Shown here: in pieces, positions 21,402 through 31,433 of the stretch
How the letters are laid out: each line of letters opens with the position of its first letter
Position numbering within the stretch: the first letter of the stretch is position 1
NCBI GenBank assembly: GCA_903840165.1
Contig: CAIMEY010000002.1
Coordinates: 56,949 to 120,948 of the forward strand
Reading direction: 5' to 3'
DNA length: 64,000 nucleotides
Source: an uncultured Myxococcales bacterium
GTDB taxonomy: Bacteria; Myxococcota_A; UBA9042
The notes under the pieces: model-generated
What the model was told of the DNA's origin: nothing
The model's input: the letters and a program-made list of their open reading frames with translations, nothing else
Database searches by the model: none
Position numbers and translations under genes: made by a program

Positions 21402-22337
21402 ATGTTTCGCGAACTGCTGCTGCGCTATCGGCAAACGCTGGTGTTGACGCTGGTCCTGGCGTTGCCGGTGGGGTCGATGTATTGGCACGGCAAAGAACGC
21501 AAAGATACATCGCTGGTTGAGAAGTTTCTGCTGGTCCTGACGGCCCCTGGGCAGCGGTTGACCTATGGCGTTGTGCAGGGCGTTCGCGACATGGCGCGCA
21601 GCTACGTGCTCCTGGTGGACACCGAGGCACGTAACCAAGAGCTAGAACAGCAGAATCGCATCCTGCTGGGCGCGGCGCTGGAAAAGCGTACCCTGGAAGA
21701 CGAGTTGCAACGCGTCAAGCAACTATGCGAATTCAAGTCACAACGCGATGATTTGCAGACCGTGCCGGCGCGCGTGGTCGGTCGGGACGTCTCGCAGTTC
21801 TTCCAAGTGATGCGCTTGCAGTTGGATGTACAGGGGAATTCGGCCGTGCACGAAGGGCAGGCGGTCATCACTCATGACGGCGTTGTTGGGCGAATTGACA
21901 AAATTGCAGGTAGTTATGCCGATGTCATGCTGGTGACCGATGCTCGCTCGCAGGTGCACGCCACCATCGCCGGCAAAGGCGTGATTGGCTCGGTGCAGGG
22001 GCATGGCAAGAAGAATGAATTTACAGTGCAATTTGTCTATCTCGACCGCGCCGACCATACCGTTGCCGTGCAGGCGGCCGATGCTGTCCTCACGACAGGC
22101 CATGACCACGTGTTTCCGGCCGGCCTGGAAGTCGGGCACGTTGCCGAAGGAAAGGCCCTGCAAACAGGACCTTATCAGGAATTTCAGATGGTTCCGGCGG
22201 TGACCTTTGCCACGCTTGAAGAAGTGCTGATCGTCACCGGTCAGGGTGGGTCGGCGCCGCTGCCGGCTGAACCGCCACCTACCACAAAAGGGAAAAAGGC
22301 TGTAGATCCAGCCAATACCCCAGACTCGCCACCATAG
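21402..22337 (+). CDS. mreC: rod shape-determining protein MreC
   Basis: N-terminal TM, coiled coil, ARVVGRD, GVVGRI, V-LVTD, TTG-D-VFPAGL-VG, LEEVLIV. Confidence 0.92.
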   Translation: MFRELLLRYRQTLVLTLVLALPVGSMYWHGKERKDTSLVEKFLLVLTAPGQRLTYGVVQGVRDMARSYVLLVDTEARNQELEQQNRILLGAALEKRTLEDELQRVKQLCEFKSQRDDLQTVPARVVGRDVSQFFQVMRLQLDVQGNSAVHEGQAVITHDGVVGRIDKIAGSYADVMLVTDARSQVHATIAGKGVIGSVQGHGKKNEFTVQFVYLDRADHTVAVQAADAVLTTGHDHVFPAGLEVGHVAEGKALQTGPYQEFQMVPAVTFATLEEVLIVTGQGGSAPLPAEPPPTTKGKKAVDPANTPDSPP

Positions 22338-22382
22338 CTGCAGGGCGATCGCGTCAACCATAGCCAAGGGCTGGAGCAAACT

Positions 22383-22904
22383 GTGAAGGAATTGGTTTGG
22401 ATCTTAGTGTCCTACGCGCTGCTGGCGATCGAGTCGCCTTTGCTCGGGCATTTGGACAGCCAATTCTATGCGCCAGATATTGCTTTACTAACAGCGCTTT
22501 ATGCGGGAAGTCGCACGCCGATGTTGCGTGCTGTGGCCACGGCCTTTGCCATCGGCCTGATCAAGGACGGCCTTGCGACCAGTGTGCCCATCGGCTTGAA
22601 CACAGAAATCGCTGTTTTGATTGCCTTAACTGCCCAGCTCTTGGAGCGCCGCGTCGACCTGCGTAGCCCGGTGCCCCTGATGGCGACAGCGGCGGCCCTG
22701 TCCTTGCTGTCGACCGGCGTATTTCTGGCGCTAGAGGCTATTTTCCATCGTAGTTTCAATAGCTATGGCGATGTCTTGCGCATGGCCTTGCCTCTGGCGC
22801 TCATCACGATGCTGGTTGCGCCGGTGCAATTCGCGCTGCTCAACCGTGTGACGCGGCGCTTTGAGGCCAGGGAACGCGCCGGTGCCATCTTCCTAAGGCG
22901 CTGA
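22383..22904 (+). CDS. mreD: rod shape-determining protein MreD
   Basis: Small hydrophobic protein right after mreC, with PDIALL and GLIKD motifs. Confidence 0.8.
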   Translation: MKELVWILVSYALLAIESPLLGHLDSQFYAPDIALLTALYAGSRTPMLRAVATAFAIGLIKDGLATSVPIGLNTEIAVLIALTAQLLERRVDLRSPVPLMATAAALSLLSTGVFLALEAIFHRSFNSYGDVLRMALPLALITMLVAPVQFALLNRVTRRFEARERAGAIFLRR

Positions 22905-23004
22905 CGCCACTTTCACGGGCGAGTCAAGCCGCGTATGATCGGCGCCGCAGCCGACCGCGTCGTTGAACTTGTTTGGCGCGCCCTTGGCGATGGGAGTCTT
23001 GGTT

Positions 23005-23841
23005 ATGCCTGAACAATCTCTGTATTTGGCCATTGTGGCGGTGCTTGTTTGGCTAGTGACGCTCGCGGTCGCGCGCGTACTGCAGCGCCTGCTCATCGGT
23101 GTGGCGCAGCCGCGTCCGGGGCACGGCATGGCAGCCGCAGGGCAGGTGCTAGCGACGTGTATTATTTCAGGTAGTTTGGTGGCGGAGGGCATCACCGGCA
23201 ACTTGCACACGCCGGCCACGTGGCTGCGCGACGCGACCACTGTGGGCACTTTCGCTCTGATTGCCGTGGTTTTACAGACGCTTGCCGGTTGGCTGGGCAT
23301 GAAGACCTTGCTGGGCAAGCGTCTCAGTGGTGCGTACGAAAAAGGCAATGATGCCGCAATGTTGGCCGGAGCCGGTCACGATGTGGGCGCGGCTCTGATT
23401 GTCGCGCACAGCGTTTACGGTCGTGATTTTTCCCAGCTCCACGTCTCGATCGCCTTCTTTGCCCTGGCGCAACTGGCAGCGCTCGCGTTGGGCATCGGCT
23501 TTCGCGCGCTGACGCGGTATGACGATGCGGAGCAAGTGGTCGACGGAAACGTTGCTGCTGCGCTGAGTTATGTCGGTGTCCTACTGGCCGCAAGCCTTCT
23601 GGCCGGGCACGCTGTGCAGGGCGATTTCACCGGCTGGGTGCCTGGGCTTCGCGGTTTTGTCGGCGCATTGCTCTTTGGTGTCGTGCTGTTGCCTGTGCGA
23701 CGTTGGTTGGTGGAGCGCTTCTTGCTGCGCGGCGTGAGCCTGGATGAGGCTGTCGCTCGGCAGCGCGATGTCGCCGCGGCTGCTGTGGAATGCGCCAGTT
23801 ATATTGCCGTTGCGCTGCTCTTGCACTTGGCAGGCGTCTAG
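23005..23841 (+). CDS. DUF350 repeat membrane protein (YjfL-like)
   Basis: Hydrophobic, with repeated GN-AA motifs (KGNDAAML, DGNVAAAL, QRDVAAAA); GGAG before ATG 23005. Confidence 0.8.
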   Translation: MPEQSLYLAIVAVLVWLVTLAVARVLQRLLIGVAQPRPGHGMAAAGQVLATCIISGSLVAEGITGNLHTPATWLRDATTVGTFALIAVVLQTLAGWLGMKTLLGKRLSGAYEKGNDAAMLAGAGHDVGAALIVAHSVYGRDFSQLHVSIAFFALAQLAALALGIGFRALTRYDDAEQVVDGNVAAALSYVGVLLAASLLAGHAVQGDFTGWVPGLRGFVGALLFGVVLLPVRRWLVERFLLRGVSLDEAVARQRDVAAAAVECASYIAVALLLHLAGV

Positions 23842-23893
23842 GCGCAATGCGGATTGCCCTTGCCGACCACTAGAGATTCCGGAGTCATTTTCA

Positions 23894-25267
23894 ATGGGTG
23901 CCAACACAAGCAGCGGGTTGGATTTGCTGCAGGCCGGGTCTACACCTGCGCTGCGCCCAGGATTGTCGGGCGTGCCTCAGCCGATCAGCCGAAATTACGC
24001 GGCGTTGGCGCAGCAGCTGATGGCCGCGGGCCTGTCGGACCCATGGGTGGACGGCAAACCGCGCTTTGGCCGTGAACCGGTGCGTCTGAGCCCCGCTCAG
24101 GTCAATGAACTCGTTACAGCTGCTGAGCTTTTTGCCGCGGCGATGGACCACACCCTCAGGATGCTGGCCAAGGACCCGGCGGCGATGGCCGATCTGCATC
24201 TGACGCCCTATCAAGAGATGTTGTGGCAGACATCGGCGGGTCGCTGGCACGGCATTGCCCGCGCCGATGCGTTCTTTTGCCCTGACGGTGTGCGGATTTG
24301 CGAGGTCAATTGCGATACGCCCTCAGGGCAGCCAGAGGCCGTCATCCTCGGGCAGTTGGCCGCCGCAGATGCGCCAGAAGCTATTGATCCCAATCGCTTT
24401 TTGCTCGATCGCTACGCCGCGCTCCTGCAGGCCACGGCACCCGCGGACCGGAAAGGCCAGCCTCTGTCGGTCGGGATCCTGTATCCCACCGAACTAACAG
24501 AAGATTTGGCGATGGTCGAGCTCTACACCCGCGACTTAACGGCCCGCGGCTGGCAGGTGGTGCATGGCTCGCCGTTCAACCTGCATCTGGGGGCCGATGG
24601 GCGCGCCGCGCTGTGGGGCCAACCGTGTGACGTCTTGATTCGTCACTACAAAACCGATTGGTGGACCGAGAGGCAGCCCGTCTGGCAGCGCGATGAACCC
24701 TTTGCCGATTCGGCGCCTCTGGACGGTCCGTTGGCGATCCTGCTGGCGGCCCAACTGCAAGGCAGGACGACCGTCGTCAATCCGATGGGCGCAGTTGTGC
24801 CGCAAAACAAACGGTTTTTGGCGTCAATGTGGCAGATGCAGACGCAGTTGCCGGCCGAACTGGCCCAGGCTGTCCAGCGATACCTGCCGGAAACCAAGGG
24901 CTTGGACCACTGCGACCTCGAGGTCATTCGCGCCCAGCGCCAGCGGTGGGTGCTCAAGTCTGATTACGGAGCCGAGGGCTCAGAAGTCGTTGTTGGTGCA
25001 GAAGTTTCTCAGGCTGATTGGCTCAACTATGTCGATAGCGCCAAGCCCACGCGCTTTGTGGTGCAGGCTCACTTTGATGCACAGCGAACGGCCGGAATGC
25101 AAACGAATTTTGGGGTTTTCTTGGTGGCCGGCCGCGGGGCTGGTCTTTATGCGCGCCACTCGGTTCAGGCGACTGACCCCGGCGCGTGCAGCGTCGCGGT
25201 CTTGGTCGAGCGATCAGCAGGGGCCAACGCCGTCAAAGTTGCACAGTCCGGTGAGGTCGCGGCATGA
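23894..25267 (+). CDS. glutathionylspermidine synthase-like ATP-grasp ligase (YjfC/YgiC-like)
   Basis: RAD-F, EVNCDTPSG-PE, VVNP...QNKRFLA, WVLKSDYGAEG, VVQ motifs. Confidence 0.85.
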   Translation: MGANTSSGLDLLQAGSTPALRPGLSGVPQPISRNYAALAQQLMAAGLSDPWVDGKPRFGREPVRLSPAQVNELVTAAELFAAAMDHTLRMLAKDPAAMADLHLTPYQEMLWQTSAGRWHGIARADAFFCPDGVRICEVNCDTPSGQPEAVILGQLAAADAPEAIDPNRFLLDRYAALLQATAPADRKGQPLSVGILYPTELTEDLAMVELYTRDLTARGWQVVHGSPFNLHLGADGRAALWGQPCDVLIRHYKTDWWTERQPVWQRDEPFADSAPLDGPLAILLAAQLQGRTTVVNPMGAVVPQNKRFLASMWQMQTQLPAELAQAVQRYLPETKGLDHCDLEVIRAQRQRWVLKSDYGAEGSEVVVGAEVSQADWLNYVDSAKPTRFVVQAHFDAQRTAGMQTNFGVFLVAGRGAGLYARHSVQATDPGACSVAVLVERSAGANAVKVAQSGEVAA

Positions 25268-26751
25268 ATGGGCCTGGGAACAAAGATTTCGAGCGTTTGT
25301 TCTTCCTGGACAGCCCAGAGCTGACGGGCGCCCGCTGGTGGCAACAGTCCGTGGTGGAAACCCGCGCCGCTTCTCAGGATTGGGAGTCTGCGCCCGGTCC
25401 TTATGACCGACCGGTGCAGACCGTGTCGACCCGTCGCGGGGCGCTGTCCGCCATCTTTTCGCTGGGGATCGGCTTACTGGTGATCGGCAAGTGCACCGCC
25501 AGTATTGTTCAGGATTTCTCAAGCGGTTCAAGCGACCCTCTCGATGACGCCCACGAGGACGCCCTGGCCCTGCAACAGGCCCAAGGCTGGGACATCGGTG
25601 CCACCAATCAGGCCCTGAGCTTTCCTGATGGCGTGAGCCAAGATGCCAGCAATCAGTCCCAGTGGCGCAATGCCATTTCCACGTTGGATATCGAACTCTC
25701 GCCCGCGACCGAGGCGTATCGTCCCTGGTACGTGCCCACCCTGCTGCGCGCGCCGGGGCAGACGCTCAATGCGTCACTGGCCCAGGCCCTACAGCCAATT
25801 CACAGCAATGCCATGGATTTGGCCTACAGCAAAGGCCTCGCGCTCGCCGAGCTTTTCGATGCCATGCCGACCTCGGCGCAGGACACGCTGCTCGTCATCG
25901 ATCTGCCAGGACCCGAGGCCGTGGCCCTTGCTGCGGCGCTGGCGTGGCGCTTTGAGCCGGTCTTTGGCCTGGACAACTGTCCGCACCCGCGCGGCGTGGT
26001 CCCCGCCCACTTGACGCTGGCGGCAATCCTCTTTGAGTTGCCGTTGTTCCGTGACGCTGCCTCGGCACGTCAAACGCCAGCGCCGATGATGCTCGTGCTG
26101 GACGCCAATCGGCTCACGCCCTACACGGACTCGGGGAACATATTCGATAATCGCTGGTTGGCGAAGATTCCTTCGGCTAGCGAGCTGCAGCGGCTGGGCG
26201 TCAAGCAGCTGCTCTACGTGGCTCCCTCCGGTGCAGAGCATGAACTCGATGATCTCAATGATGATTTCGTCGCATTAGCCAATGCCTCGGTCGACCTGAG
26301 GCTGCTACCCATCAGCGACCTGCGCGAAGAGAATCCCGCCGATTTGGCCAATGCGCCCACCGACACGGTGCCCGGCGAGCTCTACCAACCGGTCGATAAT
26401 CAAGCGCAATATGCCAATTCTACCTGGCGAGGCCACCAGGTCCAGCGCTACTACTGGGGCGGTTCCCGGGCCATGCACGTCCACTTTTGGCAGGCGTATC
26501 GCCCCTACCTCGGTATTCGGATGCACTTTTCACCGTTTCGCGGCTCCGGCGTGTCTATCGGCTGGCATCCCTCGATGCGCTCGACGATGTTCTCAGGCCG
26601 CGGTTTTGGCGGTGGCGGCTTTGGCGGGGGCGGAGGCTGGCGGTCGAGATCCTCCAGTGGTTTCGGGCGGGTATCGCACAGTCACTGGGGCAGCTCGAGC
26701 TCAGGTCGCAGCGGGTCTCTTGGGCGTTCGTCCTTCTTCGGCGGTGGCTGA
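25264..26751 (+). CDS. hypothetical protein with internal twin-Arg/TM segment and Gly/Ser/Arg-rich C-terminal tail
   Basis: ATGA overlap with the upstream ligase gene; STRRGALSAIFSLGIGLLVIGKC; tail GRGFGGGGFGGGGGWRSRSSSG...SSFFGGG. Confidence 0.8.
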   Translation: MNGPGNKDFERLFFLDSPELTGARWWQQSVVETRAASQDWESAPGPYDRPVQTVSTRRGALSAIFSLGIGLLVIGKCTASIVQDFSSGSSDPLDDAHEDALALQQAQGWDIGATNQALSFPDGVSQDASNQSQWRNAISTLDIELSPATEAYRPWYVPTLLRAPGQTLNASLAQALQPIHSNAMDLAYSKGLALAELFDAMPTSAQDTLLVIDLPGPEAVALAAALAWRFEPVFGLDNCPHPRGVVPAHLTLAAILFELPLFRDAASARQTPAPMMLVLDANRLTPYTDSGNIFDNRWLAKIPSASELQRLGVKQLLYVAPSGAEHELDDLNDDFVALANASVDLRLLPISDLREENPADLANAPTDTVPGELYQPVDNQAQYANSTWRGHQVQRYYWGGSRAMHVHFWQAYRPYLGIRMHFSPFRGSGVSIGWHPSMRSTMFSGRGFGGGGFGGGGGWRSRSSSGFGRVSHSHWGSSSSGRSGSLGRSSFFGGG

Positions 26752-26766
26752 GCGAGGTAGCTAAGC

Positions 26767-27342
26767 ATGGCATATACGTTTTTCTATGTTCAGGTGGCGA
26801 TCGAGGCATCCCCCTACGATGGGTTGCGTCGTCAACTCCATGACTTGTTTGTCAATAGTGCGCCAGAACAGTCCCTGGCCGATAAGCGGATGTTCTACAA
26901 GCGTTTGGTTACCCTGCTGGGCGAGGCGCGGGGACGCTTTCGCTTCGGCGACTGGGACTTGCTGCGAAAAGCCAATGCCAATGAGGAGTTTGACTCTTGG
27001 TGTGCTGAACTGGAGCAAGCGGGTGCTACGAGCACGCAATCGGCTGAGCCCCAAAAGGATTTGTCCCCGGGCCTGCAGCATGTGGTTGTTACCGTGCTAA
27101 TTCTGGCGGTGCGTGGCGGCAGCAGCGACGACACCTTGGGCGATCGGTGCGACCTCCAAGATCCCGACTACTTTACCGTAGATACCTTTGCACGACTGAT
27201 CGACACCTTGCCTATGCTGACCTTTGCGAGCATCAAAGCTGACGCCGTCTACCTGCAACCCGGCCAATCCGACGAGGGTTGGACCACCGGCGAATTGCGC
27301 AGTGCGGACTGGGACTACCTCAAACCCTTGACCGGATTGTGA
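26767..27342 (+). CDS. DUF1517-like protein
   Basis: VQVA N-terminus, VVVTVLILA core and C-terminal VYLQPGQSDEGWTTGEL...YLKPL resemble the DUF1517 pattern (W-P-x3-D-L-x3-EL...L-PL). Confidence 0.6.
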   Translation: MAYTFFYVQVAIEASPYDGLRRQLHDLFVNSAPEQSLADKRMFYKRLVTLLGEARGRFRFGDWDLLRKANANEEFDSWCAELEQAGATSTQSAEPQKDLSPGLQHVVVTVLILAVRGGSSDDTLGDRCDLQDPDYFTVDTFARLIDTLPMLTFASIKADAVYLQPGQSDEGWTTGELRSADWDYLKPLTGL

Positions 27343-27350
27343 GACCGACC

Positions 27351-28664
27351 ATGCCGACCACGCCCTTGCCAGAACAAGGTCAGACAGCTGCAGAAGTCCT
27401 TGAAAAATTGCAACAAGCCAAGGCCAATGATGCCAACTGGCGCGACGGCCGAACCTTTAGCCTTGTGTACTATGCCGGCCCGGAGCTGGAGGCGCTCATC
27501 AAAGCCGCGGCGATGGCGAGCTTCTCAGAAAATGCCCTGAATCCTATGGCCTTTCCAAGCCTGCGGCGCTTTGAGACCGAAGTGCTGTCCTGGTGCGCAG
27601 AACTGCTGGGTGATCCGGCTGCGGTGGGTACGCTGACCTCAGGGGGTACCGAAAGCATCTTGATGGCTGTGAAAACGGCGAGAGACTGGGCGCGGCAACA
27701 CCGGCCTCTGGCGACGCGGCCCAACATGCTGGTGCCGGCCACGGTGCACCCGGCCTTTCATAAGGCTGCGCATTACTTAGGCGTTGAGGCGATTTCGCTG
27801 CCCGTGGATGCGGATTTTCGCGTAGACGTTCAAACAGCGCGAAAGGCATTGACCTCGCAGACGATTCTCATTGTTGGCTCCGCTCCTGCCTATCCGCACG
27901 GCGTGGTCGATCCGATCGGGGACCTGGCAGCACTGGCCCAGGAACACGGCATTCTTTGTCATGTTGATGCTTGCCTCGGTGGGATGATCCTGCCTTTTGT
28001 CGAGCAGTTGGGCTTTGCGGTTGCGCCCTGGCGCCTCGACGTCCCGGGCGTTACGTCCTTGTCCTGCGACCTGCACAAGTACGGCTATGCCGCCAAAGGT
28101 GCTTCGGTCGTGCTGTACAAGACCCGGGAATTGCGCAAGTTCCAGTTCATGGGCTATGCCGGCTGGCCAGGAGGGCTCTGGGGATCACCGAGCGCCGCAG
28201 GGACTCGTCCCGGAGGTCCCATCGCAGCGGCATGGGCTGTGATGCAATACCTCGGTAAATCTGGCTACTTGCGCTTAGCTGATACGGCGATGACGGCTGC
28301 GGTTGCGTTGCAATCCGGGCTGCGCGCGATCCCAGGCCTGACGGTGCTTGGACAGCCCGTGGCGACCGTATTCGCCTTTACGGGAACGGACATCGATATT
28401 TACGCCGTCGGTGACGCCATGGACGCCCGCGGCTGGCACCTGGATCGCCAACAGATGCCCGCGGCGCTGCACATGATGATTACTGCCGCCCATGCGCCCT
28501 ATGTGCAAGAATTACTTGCCGATCTCGCGGATTCTGCGGCCCAAGCGCGCGCCCAAGGTCCGTCCACCGGCCAGCAGGCGGCCATGTACGGCATGGTTGG
28601 CTCCCTGCCCGATCGCAGCATTGGCGATGAAATGATCGTTGAATTCATGGATTCTCTGGATTGA
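27351..28664 (+). CDS. PLP-dependent group II decarboxylase/lyase, sphingosine-1-phosphate lyase-like
   Basis: TSGGTESILMA, HPAF-KAA-Y, HVDACLGG, SCDLHKYGYAAKG (PLP lysine), GTRPGGPIAAAWA. Confidence 0.88.
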   Translation: MPTTPLPEQGQTAAEVLEKLQQAKANDANWRDGRTFSLVYYAGPELEALIKAAAMASFSENALNPMAFPSLRRFETEVLSWCAELLGDPAAVGTLTSGGTESILMAVKTARDWARQHRPLATRPNMLVPATVHPAFHKAAHYLGVEAISLPVDADFRVDVQTARKALTSQTILIVGSAPAYPHGVVDPIGDLAALAQEHGILCHVDACLGGMILPFVEQLGFAVAPWRLDVPGVTSLSCDLHKYGYAAKGASVVLYKTRELRKFQFMGYAGWPGGLWGSPSAAGTRPGGPIAAAWAVMQYLGKSGYLRLADTAMTAAVALQSGLRAIPGLTVLGQPVATVFAFTGTDIDIYAVGDAMDARGWHLDRQQMPAALHMMITAAHAPYVQELLADLADSAAQARAQGPSTGQQAAMYGMVGSLPDRSIGDEMIVEFMDSLD

Positions 28665-29171
28665 ACGCCCACTGCACCTCCTCCGGGTCGTCCGCCAGAA
28701 TTGAAGTAATCTCTTGTAATCGTGTTGTTTTTCCGCCAAACTCGGTGGCACGGAACAGGTTGTCGGTGCCTCAAGCGCGATGAACTGCCACGTCGCGTCG
28801 TCCACGGCGCGATCGTTGATGAGAAAGCGCTCTAATATCAAGCTGCTCCAAAGACGGCTGGCCCATCTTCGGTCTCGCGATCGAAAGGCGTTTGCAAGCC
28901 TCAACGGCCACGCTTAGATGATATACCTTGAATAACAGGTAGTTGACGACCATTGCGCTCCCGGTCCGCCCAGGGCAGGGCAGAGGGCGTTGATTGGCTA
29001 TTGCCAAGGGTCGGGCGCGACGTATCATGTACAATGCACCCTTGTGCAAATTGGGTGTACGTCCGCGCAATAACGCTGGACGGAGGACGCGCATTCGCTG
29101 CGTTGCAAGCCGATGCCAGCCCGCGCAAGGGCAGGCCAAGTGCTTGGTTGTGAAACGAATTGAGGTGCAAG

Positions 29172-31433
29172 ATGATGAACCGCAACCTGAAAGATTTGTT
29201 CCACAGTTTCAGCGCCTTGGCGGTCGCCCTAGCGGCGGTCACGGCCTGTAGCAACAGCACAGCCCCCCAGAGCAGCCAGGCCAATGGCTTGTTCAACTTG
29301 CCGCCTTCGGGCGATCTCGGCACTGGCGTTAAACTGCCTGATACTAGTGACACTTCGGCGCAACCAGCCGATGGAGCGAACACCGGCGCCGACGCTGTGG
29401 CCGTCGACCCAGACGCAGTCGCTGACAACGGTGGCGCGCCCAATTCCGATGCGGTCATCGCCCCGGACAGCGGGCCAGTGAATCCAGGCGGCGATGCCGT
29501 AAGCCCTGGCAATGACACTGGTTCCTCGGGTGGCAATGACACTTCAAGCACCAAGGATACCGGCACCAAGCCGCCCGCGTGCACAGACGAAGACGGCGAC
29601 GGCTTTGGCGACGGCTGCGACGCCGGCCCCGATTGCGACGATTACAACCCGAATTTCAATACTTCCTGCCCCGACTGCTCCAAGGGCAACGTCCCCGGCT
29701 GCGGCTGCAAGGGCAAGTCGGTCCCCTGCTATTCCGCCGACCCCGCGTCGGCCGGCAAGGGCATTTGCAAAGCCGGCGTGCAGGCTTGCAAGAACGGCTT
29801 CTGGGGCGAATGCGTCGGCGAAGTCGATCCGGGCACTGAAATCTGCGACGGCCTTGACAACAACTGCGACGGCACCACCGATGAGGGCGTCAAGTCCAGC
29901 TGCGGCGGTTGCGACCTGAGCTGCGTGCAAAAGGGCGTCGGCACTGGCACCGACAACGCGTTCACGCTGAATTCTGAGAATTCCAGCGGTGTTGGCCTCG
30001 ATGACCAGGGCAATATCAAGATCGACTCTTCGCAGATCAGCCTCAGCCTCAAGTTCCTCTGGGCCTCGAACTCTCCAGACAACACCGTCAGCAAGATCGA
30101 CTGCAAAACCGTCAAGGAAGTCGGACGTTACAAGGTCTGCACCGACCCGTCGCGTACCTCGGTGGACCTCGACGGAAATGTCTGGGTCGGCTGCCGCGCT
30201 GGTGGTAAAGTCGCGAAGATCATGTCGGAAAAGAAGAACTGCATCGACAAGAATGGCGACGGCATCATCCAAACCTCCGAAGACCTCAATGGCGACGGCA
30301 CGATTTCACCCAATGAAATGGTCGGCGGCGGCGCGGAAGGCGCTGACGAGTGCGTCAAGTTCATCACCCCGGTGCTCGGCGGCATGACCCGCGCGGCCGG
30401 TGTCGACAAGTTCAACGACGTTTGGATGGGCTTCTGGGACAACAAGTACCTCAAGCATCTCAAGGCGTCCGATGGCTCGGTCATGGAGACCGTCAACATC
30501 CCCTGCTCGCCCTATGGCCTCGTCATCGACCAGAAGGGCGTGATTTGGGTGCAGGGCGCCGGCTGCGGCTTGGTCTCGTACAACCCCCTGACCAAGGTGA
30601 TTAATCAGTACAATCCGCCCTTTGGCTACAGCGCCTACGGCATCAACGTCGACGGCAAGGGCCGCATCTGGATGGGCGGCAGTTCCGGCGGTTCCGGCGC
30701 CACCAGCTATGACCCCAAGACCGGCCAATGGATGCTGTGCCAAGGCGTGCCGAATTCAGCTGGTATTGCAACGGCCAATGACGGCTTTGTGTACCCAGCC
30801 TTGGACTGCGGCAGTGGCGGCGCGGTTGGCAAGGTCGACGGCGACCAGTGCTGGGCCAACAACGGCGTCGGCTCCTACAAAGGCGCCAACACCACCGGTG
30901 GTTGCCCGCACGGCGTGGCAGTCGACTTCGACGGGTACGTCTGGGGCGTGAATTGGACAGGCAATTCGGTGGGCAAAGTCGACCCGAAGAACTGGGGCGC
31001 GGCCCCGCAGACGCGGCAGATCGGCAGCAGCCCGTACACCTACTCGGACATGACCGGCTATACCCTCAACTACTTTACGGCGCCCAAAGGCTTGTATACC
31101 ACGACGTTCTTTGCGGGCGGCGGTGGCAATCCCGTGTCGCAGACTACTTCCAAGGCGGTGTGGACCACCATCGACATGAAGCTGATTCTACCGCCAATGA
31201 CCAAGGTGCACGTTCGTGTCAAAGCCGGCAATACCAAGGCGGATTTGGCTAACGCGGCCTGGATCGATGTGCCGGACTTTACCGACGTGGCGCAATTGCC
31301 GTTTGATTTGACCGCCTTGCCCCAGGCGCCCATCGTCGGCGCGATGATGGAAGTGGAAATCAACCTGATTACCGACGACAAGAAGGTGACGCCCGCGGTG
31401 AGCTCGCTCAGCGCCAAGGCCAAGTTGCAATAG
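29172..31433 (+). CDS. lipoprotein with D-rich tether, Cys-rich metal-binding repeats and Vgb-like beta-propeller
   Basis: Lipobox VTAC; DEDGDGFG, EICDGLDNNCDG; repeated D-x-G-x-(V/I)W blades; PYTYSDMTG; GAGG before ATG 29172. Confidence 0.85.
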   Translation: MMNRNLKDLFHSFSALAVALAAVTACSNSTAPQSSQANGLFNLPPSGDLGTGVKLPDTSDTSAQPADGANTGADAVAVDPDAVADNGGAPNSDAVIAPDSGPVNPGGDAVSPGNDTGSSGGNDTSSTKDTGTKPPACTDEDGDGFGDGCDAGPDCDDYNPNFNTSCPDCSKGNVPGCGCKGKSVPCYSADPASAGKGICKAGVQACKNGFWGECVGEVDPGTEICDGLDNNCDGTTDEGVKSSCGGCDLSCVQKGVGTGTDNAFTLNSENSSGVGLDDQGNIKIDSSQISLSLKFLWASNSPDNTVSKIDCKTVKEVGRYKVCTDPSRTSVDLDGNVWVGCRAGGKVAKIMSEKKNCIDKNGDGIIQTSEDLNGDGTISPNEMVGGGAEGADECVKFITPVLGGMTRAAGVDKFNDVWMGFWDNKYLKHLKASDGSVMETVNIPCSPYGLVIDQKGVIWVQGAGCGLVSYNPLTKVINQYNPPFGYSAYGINVDGKGRIWMGGSSGGSGATSYDPKTGQWMLCQGVPNSAGIATANDGFVYPALDCGSGGAVGKVDGDQCWANNGVGSYKGANTTGGCPHGVAVDFDGYVWGVNWTGNSVGKVDPKNWGAAPQTRQIGSSPYTYSDMTGYTLNYFTAPKGLYTTTFFAGGGGNPVSQTTSKAVWTTIDMKLILPPMTKVHVRVKAGNTKADLANAAWIDVPDFTDVAQLPFDLTALPQAPIVGAMMEVEINLITDDKKVTPAVSSLSAKAKLQ

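Noticed and set aside
19942-21447. 501-aa plus-strand ORF and the many other long shadow ORFs (e.g. 62247..63467, 10017..11108, 3125..3916)
   Set aside because: They are antisense or alternate frames of better-supported genes in GC-rich DNA, with no motifs.
21303-21638. Long N-terminal extension of the permease ORF overlapping mreC
   Set aside because: It is the antisense of mreC; a downstream GTG start removes the overlap.
28746-28763. TGGCACG as a second sigma54 promoter
   Set aside because: No TTGC at the required spacing.
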